NCBI GenBank assembly: GCA_963849095.1
Contig: CAWKGA010000010.1
Location: forward strand, 31,412-95,411
DNA length: 64,000 nt
Source of the DNA: an uncultured Gammaproteobacteria bacterium
GTDB taxonomy: Bacteria > Pseudomonadota > Gammaproteobacteria > Steroidobacterales > Steroidobacteraceae
Direction of reading: 5' to 3'
The notes under the pieces are model-generated. The model searched no databases. It had not been told where the DNA came from and saw only the letters and a program-made list of their open reading frames with translations. Below, piece by piece: positions 10,299 to 19,019 of the stretch; the stretch's first letter is position 1, and the number at the start of each line of letters is the position of its first letter. The translations under genes were made by a program, and so were the position numbers.

Positions 10299-11222
10299 TC
10301 AGATCTCGAGCTCGAGCCCGTCGTGGGCCACTTCCCAGCCGGCGGCGGTCACAGCGGCTCGCTCCGGCGAGTCCTCGCGCAGGATGGGATTGGTATTGTT
10401 GATGTGGATGAAGATCCTTCGGCCCCCGCCGATGCGACCCAGCGTCGCAAGGCTCCCCTCGGGGCCGCCGATCGGCCAGTGCGCCATGTCTTCGGCGCGC
10501 CGCTCGCCGAGCGCGAGCGCGATGAGCTCGTCGCTCGCCCAGAACGTTCCGTCGAAGAAGATGCAGTCCGCACGCCCGAGCGCCTGGCGGATGGCGGGAG
10601 TCGGGGCGGCGACACCCGAGAAGTAGACGAGCGTTCCACCCGTGCGGCGGTCGCGGATCTCGAGGCCCACATTATCCTCCGGGCTCGGCTCGACCCGGCC
10701 GCGCAGGTGCAGGGGCGGTTGACCGGGAACCGCGATGGCCTCCACCGTCAAGCCGCTCGGGCGGCCGTCGGCGAGAGGGGGCTCGAGTGCTGCGCGTCCG
10801 GGCGTCAAAACATGCCAGGTCGCCTGGCCGGCGAAGCGCTCGAGGGTGGCATAGAGCGCGTTGCCCTCGGTGAATCCGCGCCGCACCCGCTCGGTCGCAT
10901 AGATCGCAAGAGGTTGGGACTCGCGGAGCGACAGCAGGCCGAGGCAGTGGTCCAGGTCGCCGTTGGTGATGAGCAGTCCCGCGATGGGAGAGTGTCGCGG
11001 GGCGCTCGGGTGCAGAGGGGGGAACCCCTCGATCTGCGCCCGGATCTCCGGGGACGCATTGAGTAGAAACCAGGCTTTCCCGTCAGAGCTGACGGCAAGC
11101 GATTCCTGCGTACGCGCATGGGCGGAAAGGGTCCCGTCCCGCACGCCGCGACAGTTCGCACACCCGCAGTTCCATTGCGGAAAGCCGCCGCCGGCGGCAG
11201 AGCCGAGTACTCGGATTCTCAC
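10299..11222 (-). CDS. pqqB: PQQ biosynthesis protein PqqB (metallo-beta-lactamase fold)
   Basis: 307 aa. N-terminus MRIRVLGSAAGGGFPQWNCGCANC and GDLDHCLG. Confidence 0.92.
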   Translation of the reverse strand: MRIRVLGSAAGGGFPQWNCGCANCRGVRDGTLSAHARTQESLAVSSDGKAWFLLNASPEIRAQIEGFPPLHPSAPRHSPIAGLLITNGDLDHCLGLLSLRESQPLAIYATERVRRGFTEGNALYATLERFAGQATWHVLTPGRAALEPPLADGRPSGLTVEAIAVPGQPPLHLRGRVEPSPEDNVGLEIRDRRTGGTLVYFSGVAAPTPAIRQALGRADCIFFDGTFWASDELIALALGERRAEDMAHWPIGGPEGSLATLGRIGGGRRIFIHINNTNPILREDSPERAAVTAAGWEVAHDGLELEI

Positions 11223-11243
11223 CGCCGCGAGCCGTAAAGATCT

Positions 11244-11265
11244 CTCCGGCCATCGCTGGCCGGAG
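11244..11265 (-). terminator. Intergenic pqqA-pqqB hairpin (possible attenuator or processing site)
   Basis: Perfect 8-bp stem CTCCGGCC/GGCCGGAG with a 6-nt loop, 11 nt after the pqqA stop and followed by AGATCTTTA on the coding strand. Confidence 0.4.
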
Positions 11266-11275
11266 GTTCACGTCC

Positions 11276-11365
11276 TCAGTGGTGATCGCCCCCGAAATCG
11301 TCCTGGTAGGAGTTGATTTCGGCGTCCATCTTGATCTCGACGAATTCCGGTGTTTCCCAGGTCAC
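11276..11365 (-). CDS. pqqA: PQQ precursor peptide PqqA
   Basis: 29-aa ORF from GTG 11365 with GAGGA 7 nt upstream. Sequence is (M)TWETPEFVEIKMDAEINSYQDDFGGDHH, which contains the E-x3-Y crosslink motif (EINSY). It sits directly upstream of pqqB. Confidence 0.8.
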   Translation of the reverse strand: MTWETPEFVEIKMDAEINSYQDDFGGDHH

Positions 11366-11408
11366 TGTGATGTCCTCAACGGCTGATCGAAGCAGATCGC
11401 AATGCGGC

Positions 11409-11437
11409 AACGTAGGGCGATCTGGGCGGTTCGTCAA
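11409..11437 (-). promoter_or_regulatory. Candidate sigma70-type promoter for pqqA
   Basis: On the minus strand: TTGACG, a 17-nt spacer, then TACGTT, about 45 nt upstream of the pqqA start. Confidence 0.3.
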
Positions 11438-11739
11438 GGGAATTCCTCCCGTTGACCAGCTTGTGGTACCCGTCCGCCGCGCGTCGGGCCGGTAGTGGGT
11501 GCCCGCCGTCGCGCGGCTCAATGAGCTAATGGTAAAGGTTAAGTTATAGGTCGGGTCCGGCGCCAGCGCGCCCCCCCTGGATACGCGAGTCCGCGAATGG
11601 CTCGGACAGGCTTCATTACGACGAATTCATCGCGGGGAACCCAGGCGTCCCGATTGCTGCTCTAAACTTCGAGGTCTTGACGGAGCACAACGTCGACCCC
11701 ACTCACTGGATGGCGCGGACCCAGGCGAAAGAGACTGCA

Positions 11740-12609
11740 ATGCTGCGAAAGATCATGGTTTGCTCGGCTCTCGTCGCGGCGATCGTCGTCGGTGGCACCG
11801 CCGTGGCGGCCGGCTCCGACCCCACCGTGCATCAGATTTATGAGGCCGCGCAGTCGGGTCAGGTGGCGCAGGCAGAACAAATGGTGGGACAGGTTCTCGA
11901 GGATCACCCGAAAAGCGGCGAAGCTCACTACGTTGCGGCCGAAGTCTATGCGCGCGCGGGCGACTTCGCGACGGCACGGCGCGAGCTCGACACGGCGCAA
12001 GCTCTCGAGCCGGGTCTGCCGTTCGCGCGGCCGCAATCGGTGCAGGCGCTCGAGAGGGAGCTCACCCAGGGCCGGTTCGTGCAGAGGGTGCAGCGCGTGC
12101 CTTACGCGCCTAACGCGGCGTCTTTCTACGCGCGTCCCCGCTCGTCGCGTTTCTGGAGCCTGGTTCTGGTCCTCATCGCGGGCGCCGTCATCTTCTGGGC
12201 GGTCTTGCGCCGAAGAAGCCAGCCGGTCTTCTATCCGCCGCAGTATTCCGGACAGCCGGGCATGCCGCCGGCCGGCGTCGGCCCCATGGGCAGCGGCGGG
12301 GTCGTTCCGCCCTATCCGTACGGGTATGGCGGAGGCCTCGGCTCGGGGCTCATGGGTAGCATTGGCACGGGCCTCGCCGTTGGAGCGGGAGTCGCGGCGG
12401 GAGAGGCGCTGGTCCACCGTATGATGTCCGGCCCGCAACGCGGCGGGATTTTTCCTGCCGCGAATGCGGACATCGTGCCCCCGGCGGGGAACGACGACAT
12501 GGGCGGAGCGGACTTCGGCGTCTCCGATGGCGGTTCTTGGGCCGATGCCGGCGGCGGCAACCCCGGCGGCGGGGCCGATGTCGGCGCACGCGGAGACGGT
12601 TGGACCTGA
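11740..12609 (+). CDS. Membrane-anchored TPR-like protein with a Gly-rich C-terminal region
   Basis: ATG 11740 gives the signal peptide MLRKIMVCSALVAAIVVGGTAVAAG. It is followed by a TPR-like helical segment, one TM helix (FWSLVLVLIAGAVIFWAVL) and a G/P-rich tail. Confidence 0.6.
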   Translation: MLRKIMVCSALVAAIVVGGTAVAAGSDPTVHQIYEAAQSGQVAQAEQMVGQVLEDHPKSGEAHYVAAEVYARAGDFATARRELDTAQALEPGLPFARPQSVQALERELTQGRFVQRVQRVPYAPNAASFYARPRSSRFWSLVLVLIAGAVIFWAVLRRRSQPVFYPPQYSGQPGMPPAGVGPMGSGGVVPPYPYGYGGGLGSGLMGSIGTGLAVGAGVAAGEALVHRMMSGPQRGGIFPAANADIVPPAGNDDMGGADFGVSDGGSWADAGGGNPGGGADVGARGDGWT

Positions 12610-13009
12610 GCGAACGCTCGTGCCTTACACCGTGCGCGAGGAGGCCAATCGCCGCCTCATCCTCGAGGTCTACGAGCAGGTCCTCGGTCCACTCGATGCC
12701 TCCCGCGTCGATGAGCTCTTCGCGGCGGGCTACATCCAGCACAGCCCGCTAGCGGCTTCCGGCGCGGCCGGACTCAAGGCGTTCCTCGAGTGGGCGCGCG
12801 AGCATTCCCCGCACGCCGAGCATCATGTCAAGCGAGTCTTCGTCGACGGCGACTATGTCATTGCGCATGTTCACGTCATCATCCATCCCGGCGATCGCGG
12901 CAACGCCGTCATCGATATCTTCCGTATCGAGAACGGCAAAGTGGCCGAGCACTGGGATGCGGCGCAGGAGATACCCGCCGAGATCCCACATGCGAACGGG
13001 GTGTTCTGA
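12578..13009 (+). CDS. SnoaL-like / NTF2-fold protein
   Basis: EANRRLILEVYEQVL...YIQHSP...VAEHWD pattern. The start is uncertain (ATG 12578 or GTG 12620). Confidence 0.65.
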   Translation: MSAHAETVGPERTLVPYTVREEANRRLILEVYEQVLGPLDASRVDELFAAGYIQHSPLAASGAAGLKAFLEWAREHSPHAEHHVKRVFVDGDYVIAHVHVIIHPGDRGNAVIDIFRIENGKVAEHWDAAQEIPAEIPHANGVF

Positions 13010-13012
13010 CGC

Positions 13013-14182
13013 TCAGGCCGCCTGCGCCGTCGATGTCGGTTGATGCCCCAGGCCGACCGGGCGCAAGCGCAGGCCTGCTCGCCAGGCGACGAACAGCATG
13101 GCACCGAGCGTTACCACGAGCACGAACGCCTCCTGGCTCGTCGTGAGCGGCGTCGCGTCGTTGACGATCAGGCCGCGGCTCAGCACGCAGAACGGAATGT
13201 GCGTGGTGAACACCGCGAGGGAGGCCCGGCCGAGCATGGCGAGCAGGCCGAGTACTCTCAGGCGCAACAGTGCGAGGTACGGCAGAACCGCATGGTTCAC
13301 CACGTACGCGAGCGCGGCAAAGTTCAGGATTCTGAGCAGCCCGAGATGCCACTTATCGACCCAGGCGGAGGAGGGGTCGAGCCCGAGGCCGCCGTGATAG
13401 CGCCAGAAGAGGAACCCGGCGGCCGCGGCGGCCGCGGCGACGAGAGCCGGAAGTCGGGCGCGAAGGTGAGCGCGCGCCGCAGGCGCACGGCGCACGTGGC
13501 GAGCGCCGAGCCAGATCCCCGCGATCCACACGAGCTGCCACCCGAACCAGTCGAACGCGCCGAAGGCCTCGAGGGGCAGCGGCAGGCCGACCACCGCCGA
13601 CACCTTGTTGTAGAGCAAGCGCCGGCCGTCGAGCTGAGCGAAGAGCCAGAGCAACGCCGAGACCGTGAGGATCGGCCACCAACCGCGCTTCACCGCGGCC
13701 TGCAGCAGGAGCGGCGTGAGTGCGAGGAAGACGATGTACATCGGCAGGATGTCGAGCAGCGGCGGCTGGTAGAGAAGCAGCGGGCCCGCGAGGCTTGCCC
13801 ACACGGGAGAGGCGAAGTAAACCGCCAAGTGGTTCCGCAGCTGGGGACGGCCCGAGATGACGGCGATCGCGGCGACGATGGTGAGGAGAAACAGCAGCAG
13901 GCCAATGTGTGCGACGTAGAGCTTGCCCGCGCGCTTCCAGAGCTTGTCGCGGACGTAGTCCCCACCACGCTCGAGGAGCTTGCGCGAGTAGGTCGAGCCG
14001 ACGAGATAGGCGGAGATGAAGACGAAGCCTTCTGCGGCGGAGACGAATCCGAAAGGCTGGTTGCTGTACACGCTCAGCCGTGTCGGCAGATGCGTGAGAG
14101 CCATGAGCACCAGAAGCGCTCCTCGCACGATATCCAGCTCGACTCGGCGGCCCGGCGCCGGAAACGCCTTTTCAACACTCAT
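13013..14182 (-). CDS. OpgC-family / acyltransferase-3-like polytopic membrane protein
   Basis: Start MSVEKAFPAPGRRVELDIVRGALLVLMALTHLP, then about 10 TM helices. Confidence 0.7.
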   Translation of the reverse strand: MSVEKAFPAPGRRVELDIVRGALLVLMALTHLPTRLSVYSNQPFGFVSAAEGFVFISAYLVGSTYSRKLLERGGDYVRDKLWKRAGKLYVAHIGLLLFLLTIVAAIAVISGRPQLRNHLAVYFASPVWASLAGPLLLYQPPLLDILPMYIVFLALTPLLLQAAVKRGWWPILTVSALLWLFAQLDGRRLLYNKVSAVVGLPLPLEAFGAFDWFGWQLVWIAGIWLGARHVRRAPAARAHLRARLPALVAAAAAAAGFLFWRYHGGLGLDPSSAWVDKWHLGLLRILNFAALAYVVNHAVLPYLALLRLRVLGLLAMLGRASLAVFTTHIPFCVLSRGLIVNDATPLTTSQEAFVLVVTLGAMLFVAWRAGLRLRPVGLGHQPTSTAQAA

Positions 14183-14442
14183 GCGGGATCGAAACGCGGG
14201 GAGGTTGAGACGGTTGACTCCTCGAAAGCACTCTAGCACGGCGCAGTGCGGGTCACATGAGTGCCCGCGGCTCATTGCATCGGGGCAGGCACGGGATGCA
14301 TAGTTCGTCACAGTTCGTGGCGCGCCGTTTCGGTCTCCGTCCTCCGCGTCTTCGCGTACCGCACCGATCCGCGAACTCTCCGGAATCCGGATGACCAAGG
14401 CCGAGCTCAGGCTAGAATGCGTGCAATCGGCAGGGGGCTCCA

Positions 14443-15264
14443 ATGAACGCACAGCTGGCGTCGATCGGTCAGCTCAAGAGCAGGGCTCTCGAGCTCGCCA
14501 TCCAGTTCGGACCCAAGTTGTTCGTGGCGATCGTGATCCTGGTGGCGGGCGGCGTGGTGAGCCGCTGGGTGAGCCGCTGGCTCGCAGGCCGCCTGAGCCG
14601 GATGGACCTCGAGCCGCCGGTGCGCGGACTGCTCGCGCACGCGGCCGCGGTGCTCACGTTCTGCCTGTTCGCGGTCATCGCCCTGCAGAACCTCGGAGTG
14701 GAGCTGCTACCGCTCATCGCCGGCTTGAGCGTCGTCGGCGCCGGTCTCGCCCTCGCGACGCAAGGAGTGCTCAGCAACTTGGTGGCCGGACTGTCCATCC
14801 TCTTCTCGAAGCCCTTCAGAGTCGGGGAATACATCTCGATCGTTGGCGAGGAAGGCAAGGTCGATCGCATCACGCTGTTCAGCACGACACTCGCCCACTT
14901 CGACCGCTCGCACGTGGTGATACCCAACCGCAAGGTCGTCGGCGAGATCCTCCACAACTTCGGTGCCATCCGACAACTCGACCTCTCGGTCGGCGTTTCC
15001 TACGACACGGATCTCGGCGGAGCATTGACTCTGATCGGTGAGATCCTCGCGGCCAACACGCGCGTGCTGCGGGACCCCGCGCCCGTCGTTCAAACGGCCG
15101 TGCTGGGCGACTGGGCGGTCAAGATCGCCGTGCGGCCCTGGGTGCATGTGCAGGATTACGTGGCGGCCTCGGGCGAGATCAACCGCGAAATTCTGGAGTC
15201 GTTCCGCCGCCGCGATATCGTCATGCCGCCGCCGCGGCGCGAAGTGCGCCTCGTCGGCCAGTAG
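14443..15264 (+). CDS. Small-conductance mechanosensitive channel (MscS family)
   Basis: 273 aa. Three TM helices followed by SNLVAGLSILFSKPFRVGEYI and a beta-domain. Confidence 0.85.
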   Translation: MNAQLASIGQLKSRALELAIQFGPKLFVAIVILVAGGVVSRWVSRWLAGRLSRMDLEPPVRGLLAHAAAVLTFCLFAVIALQNLGVELLPLIAGLSVVGAGLALATQGVLSNLVAGLSILFSKPFRVGEYISIVGEEGKVDRITLFSTTLAHFDRSHVVIPNRKVVGEILHNFGAIRQLDLSVGVSYDTDLGGALTLIGEILAANTRVLRDPAPVVQTAVLGDWAVKIAVRPWVHVQDYVAASGEINREILESFRRRDIVMPPPRREVRLVGQ

Positions 15265-15274
15265 GCGCGCCCGA

Positions 15275-16726
15275 TCAGCCGCGGTTTCCCTGCACGTCTC
15301 GGGAGAGCCGGCGCAATCCAATGTAGGCACCCGTCGTGCAGAGCAGAGTCACGCCGGCCATCAGCGCCAGCATGAGCACATCCCAGGCCGGACGCGCTCT
15401 CACGGCCGCCGCGAAGTCCATGCGATGCAGCGCATCGTGCAGCCAGCGATAGCCTCTGCCGTTGCGGTCGATCTTTGCGAGCAGCGCGCCGGAGGCCGGA
15501 TCGAGGTAGTAGCGCGTCTCTTGCGCGTCCTTCGCTATGACGCGGTAGACCGGCAAGCGCACGGTGTCTTCGTGATGGCTGAAATAGTAGGCGTCTCCGC
15601 GGTCGAGCAGCTGCGGGCCGGCGAACGCGGTGCCGCGACCGAGCGCTCGCGCTTCCGCCGCGATGTCCGAGAGGCTGATCGGCGCATCGAGCGCCCGCGC
15701 ATCGAGCCGCCGGCTCGCGCCGTCGCTGTCGGTCGCGACGAGGAAGAGCTGCCCGAGCAGCGGGGCGGAATCGACCGACACGATGCCGGTCGTCGGCGCG
15801 GCGGCCGCGAGCGCCCGCAGCGATTCCTTCACCTGCCGTCCGGAGGGAAGGAAGCCGGCGAGTACCCGGCGCTCGGGCTGCGCGCTCGCGGTCTCGAGCA
15901 GGCCCCAGGGATTCATGGACAGCAGGCCGCTTGCCACCCAGGTCAATGCAAATAGACCGAAGAGCAGACCGGGCACGTGATGCCAGAGCATGACGCCTCG
16001 CTGGCCCGACCATCGGCCCGCAGGCCGTCTCAGGAACTGGAGCACGCCGATGTAGATCCCGAGCGCCGCGAGAAGGGATCCGGCGAGCGAGGTATAGATG
16101 ACGATCCGGCTCCAGAGCGAGACATCGCGCCGCAGCTCGGCGAAGTACAACCAGTGCGGCACGGCGCCGAGCCAGTTCCAGAACCGCTCCTGCGCCGTCG
16201 TAACCTGTACGACTCTTCCGGTCGCGCTCGAGACGTAGAGCTCCGTCTGCTTGGCGTCATCGATCCGGAAGCGAAACAGAGGACGATCGGAGTCGAATTC
16301 GCCCGAAACTGTCCACTCATCGTAATCGATGGTGCCCTCGAGCTGCGGCGGATCCCAATGCCCGCCCGCCTGGGCGTAGTCGGCCGCAACGCTGGCGGCC
16401 TGCGCGGACGAGATGCTCCGAATCACCTTACCTTGCACCAGATCGATGAGCCGCGATTCGCCGAACGGGAGTCCGAGGCGCAACACCGGGACACCCGCGA
16501 GCATCTCCACCTGAAATCGGGGAACGCGCTCCGCATCGCTGAGCGCGTCGTCCCCGACGATGCAGCAGCCGCTCCAATCGATCGGCTCCAGGGCGCGGAG
16601 GCGCGCGGGTCCTGACAGCTCAGGGTAAGTGACGTACATCATCACCACCCCCGACAGGCACCACATCAGCATCAACACGCCGAGCGCGACGCCGAGATAT
16701 CGATGAGCGAGGAGAAGCGAGCGCAT
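15275..16726 (-). CDS. PepSY-associated TM helix protein (PiuB-like)
   Basis: 483 aa. N-terminus LLLAHRYLGVALGVLMLMWCLSGVVMMY, and HDALHRMDF near the C-terminus. Lies downstream of a TBDR gene. Confidence 0.8.
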   Translation of the reverse strand: MRSLLLAHRYLGVALGVLMLMWCLSGVVMMYVTYPELSGPARLRALEPIDWSGCCIVGDDALSDAERVPRFQVEMLAGVPVLRLGLPFGESRLIDLVQGKVIRSISSAQAASVAADYAQAGGHWDPPQLEGTIDYDEWTVSGEFDSDRPLFRFRIDDAKQTELYVSSATGRVVQVTTAQERFWNWLGAVPHWLYFAELRRDVSLWSRIVIYTSLAGSLLAALGIYIGVLQFLRRPAGRWSGQRGVMLWHHVPGLLFGLFALTWVASGLLSMNPWGLLETASAQPERRVLAGFLPSGRQVKESLRALAAAAPTTGIVSVDSAPLLGQLFLVATDSDGASRRLDARALDAPISLSDIAAEARALGRGTAFAGPQLLDRGDAYYFSHHEDTVRLPVYRVIAKDAQETRYYLDPASGALLAKIDRNGRGYRWLHDALHRMDFAAAVRARPAWDVLMLALMAGVTLLCTTGAYIGLRRLSRDVQGNRG

Positions 16727-16771
16727 GGCGTGATCCGGCGGCGCCTGCCGCGCTGCGCGCGCGAGGGCGCG

Positions 16772-18880
16772 CTAGTCGAACGCGTAAGTGTAGTTCACCT
16801 GGAACGTCCGCGGCAGCGCGAGGTTGTGGACGACATAGGCCGCGCCGGTGTCGTCGTTGATTCCGGTGCCGATCGACGAGTAATACACGCGGTTGAACAC
16901 GTTATTCACGTGCAGATCGATGCGCTGACGGTGCCCGTGATCCAGGAAAATGCGGCCGTTCAAGTCTACATCCATGTAGTTGCCGTACCCGAAGCGGCCG
17001 TCGCCGGGTCCGAACGGCTCATCGTCCAGGTCACCGACGCGGTCGATCGTGAAGCCCGCGCCGTACCACACACCGGCTGGGTGGTAGTCGAGGCCCAGCT
17101 TCACCTGATCCACGGGGACCTGGTCGAACTGCAGGTCCGAGCCGCTCTGGCGGCTATGGTTGTAGATTGCGTCGAAAGTTGCGGAAAGCGCTTCGGTGAT
17201 GCGTCCCTCGACCGTCGCTTCCTCTCCGATCACGTGCACGTCGCCGGGGACGTTTCCGAACACCTCCTGGTCGGTCGCGGCGTCGAAGCTCTGATAGTCG
17301 ATGAGATTCTTGATCACCCGGTAGAAGCCGATGGCCTCCCATTTCAGGGCCGAGTCTCCGACGGCGACGTTTCCGCCGACGGAAACGTTCGCATTGGTGC
17401 TCGTCTCCGGCTTCAGATTCGGATCGCCGCGCTCGTCGTCCGGGTCGTTGGCGAAGAGCTCCTCGTCCGTCGGCAGCCGAAAGGCTGTTCCGAAGGTCGT
17501 CCGCACGTACAGGGACTGGGTGATATCGTATTGTCCGCTACCGTTCCACACGACGTCCGACTGTCCGACGCTCGGAACGTTGTAGCGGAACCCGGCCGCG
17601 AGATGGGTGTCGGGGATCAGGTCCGGCGTCGTGCGGATCTCGCCGAAGAATGCGTTGACGTGCTCGGTCTCCTGCTGGATCACGAGGACGGCGTCGCGGC
17701 CGGTGTAGCCCTGGAAGTCGTAGCCCGCCAGGTACTCGAAGCCGCGGTTCAAGTCGAACTGAGTGAGCAGGTTGACGCCGTAGTCCTTGAATCCCCAGAA
17801 GTCGTCACTGTTGGCCACCGTGATCTCGCCGGGGGTCCCCGGCGTATACACGTACGGCGTACTGCCGTTGTCGTACTCGGTGTAATACGAGTACCACCAG
17901 TGATAGTAGTCCTTGACGTAGAGCTTGAACGTTTCGCTCGGGTCGAAATCGAGCCGGCTGCTCGCCAGGGTCTCGTCGCGCTCGTTGTAGGCGAGGGCGG
18001 TGAGCATCGGTTCAGCAAAGCCGAGCGTCGCGTTCGTGTGCTGCAGGAGGGCGCTCACGGCAAGATCGTCGGCGAAATTGTAGCCGTACTTGAGCCCGAG
18101 CGTCGTCACGTCGTAGGGCCGATGCCTGTCGGTGCCGCTCGGCTGGAAGTCCGCGGTGGGAAAGGGCTGGATGCCCGAAGATTCGTCGTGCGTCGCGTAG
18201 AGCACGAAGTCGTTGTGATCGAGCTCGTCGCTGAAATAGCCATCCAAGTGCTTGCCGTCGTTGCTGTCGAGCCCCGTGCTCCAGGCGCCGTCGGGATGGT
18301 TGGTGAAGGGCTTGGTGACGATGTTGACGGCGCCTGCCATGGCCTGCGTGCCGTAGAACAGCGCCTGGCCCCCGTCGAGCACTTCGATGTGGTCGATCAT
18401 GCTGGCCGGGATGGTATCGAGAGGAGTAGTTCCCGCGTACAGTCGATTGTTGATGCGGATCCCGTCCACCAGCCACAGCACATCCTCGGTCCTCGAGCCC
18501 TGCAGGGAGACTTGCACGTAGTCGAAAGGACCGTTGTTCGAGGTGATGTACAGACCGGGCGTCAGGTTCTCGAGCGCGCTCGCAACGTCGATGTAGCCGC
18601 CGTTCTGAATCTGCGTCGAGGTGACCGTGGTGACGCGCGTCCCGTACTGGGAGAGCTGCTGCGGCAGGTCATCCTCGAGGCTCTGGCCGGTCACGAGGAC
18701 CTCCTGGAGCTGCGGCTCCGCCGGCGAGGCCCCCGCAGGGGAGGTAGAGGACGGAGCTGGAGCGGATGTCGCCGGGGACGATGTGGAAGACGGCGTTTGC
18801 GGCGCTGTTTGGGCACCGACAGGCCCCGCGGATGCCGCGACCAGCGCGCATGCGAGCCCAACACGGATGGTCGTTCTCAT
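16772..18880 (-). CDS. TonB-dependent receptor
   Basis: ATG 18880 is preceded by AAGGGGGG. Signal peptide MRTTIRVGLACALVAASAGPVGAQ, plug motifs (VEVLDGGQALFYG) and C-terminal ...NYTYAFD. Confidence 0.85.
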   Translation of the reverse strand: MRTTIRVGLACALVAASAGPVGAQTAPQTPSSTSSPATSAPAPSSTSPAGASPAEPQLQEVLVTGQSLEDDLPQQLSQYGTRVTTVTSTQIQNGGYIDVASALENLTPGLYITSNNGPFDYVQVSLQGSRTEDVLWLVDGIRINNRLYAGTTPLDTIPASMIDHIEVLDGGQALFYGTQAMAGAVNIVTKPFTNHPDGAWSTGLDSNDGKHLDGYFSDELDHNDFVLYATHDESSGIQPFPTADFQPSGTDRHRPYDVTTLGLKYGYNFADDLAVSALLQHTNATLGFAEPMLTALAYNERDETLASSRLDFDPSETFKLYVKDYYHWWYSYYTEYDNGSTPYVYTPGTPGEITVANSDDFWGFKDYGVNLLTQFDLNRGFEYLAGYDFQGYTGRDAVLVIQQETEHVNAFFGEIRTTPDLIPDTHLAAGFRYNVPSVGQSDVVWNGSGQYDITQSLYVRTTFGTAFRLPTDEELFANDPDDERGDPNLKPETSTNANVSVGGNVAVGDSALKWEAIGFYRVIKNLIDYQSFDAATDQEVFGNVPGDVHVIGEEATVEGRITEALSATFDAIYNHSRQSGSDLQFDQVPVDQVKLGLDYHPAGVWYGAGFTIDRVGDLDDEPFGPGDGRFGYGNYMDVDLNGRIFLDHGHRQRIDLHVNNVFNRVYYSSIGTGINDDTGAAYVVHNLALPRTFQVNYTYAFD

Positions 18881-19019
18881 GTTCCCCCCCTTGTTTGGCA
18901 CACGTGCTCGCAGGTCACGCTATGCCACACAGAGTAATTCGCGCGCGGGCTGGCGATCCCTCACTCCGCGGGAACGATCTGGGGCAGGGCAGCGATTTGG
19001 ATCGGGCGGCGGTTGCCGC

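Noticed and set aside
9639-11066. 475-aa plus-strand ORF across pqqC/pqqB
   Set aside because: It is antisense to the pqq operon, whose genes are unambiguous.
16703-18937. 744-aa plus-strand ORF
   Set aside because: It is antisense to the TonB-dependent receptor at 16772-18880, which has clear plug and barrel motifs. Shadow ORF.
18902-19019. Fur box upstream of the TBDR-PepSY pair
   Set aside because: The region is GC-rich and has no NATWAT-type repeats. Regulation cannot be inferred.
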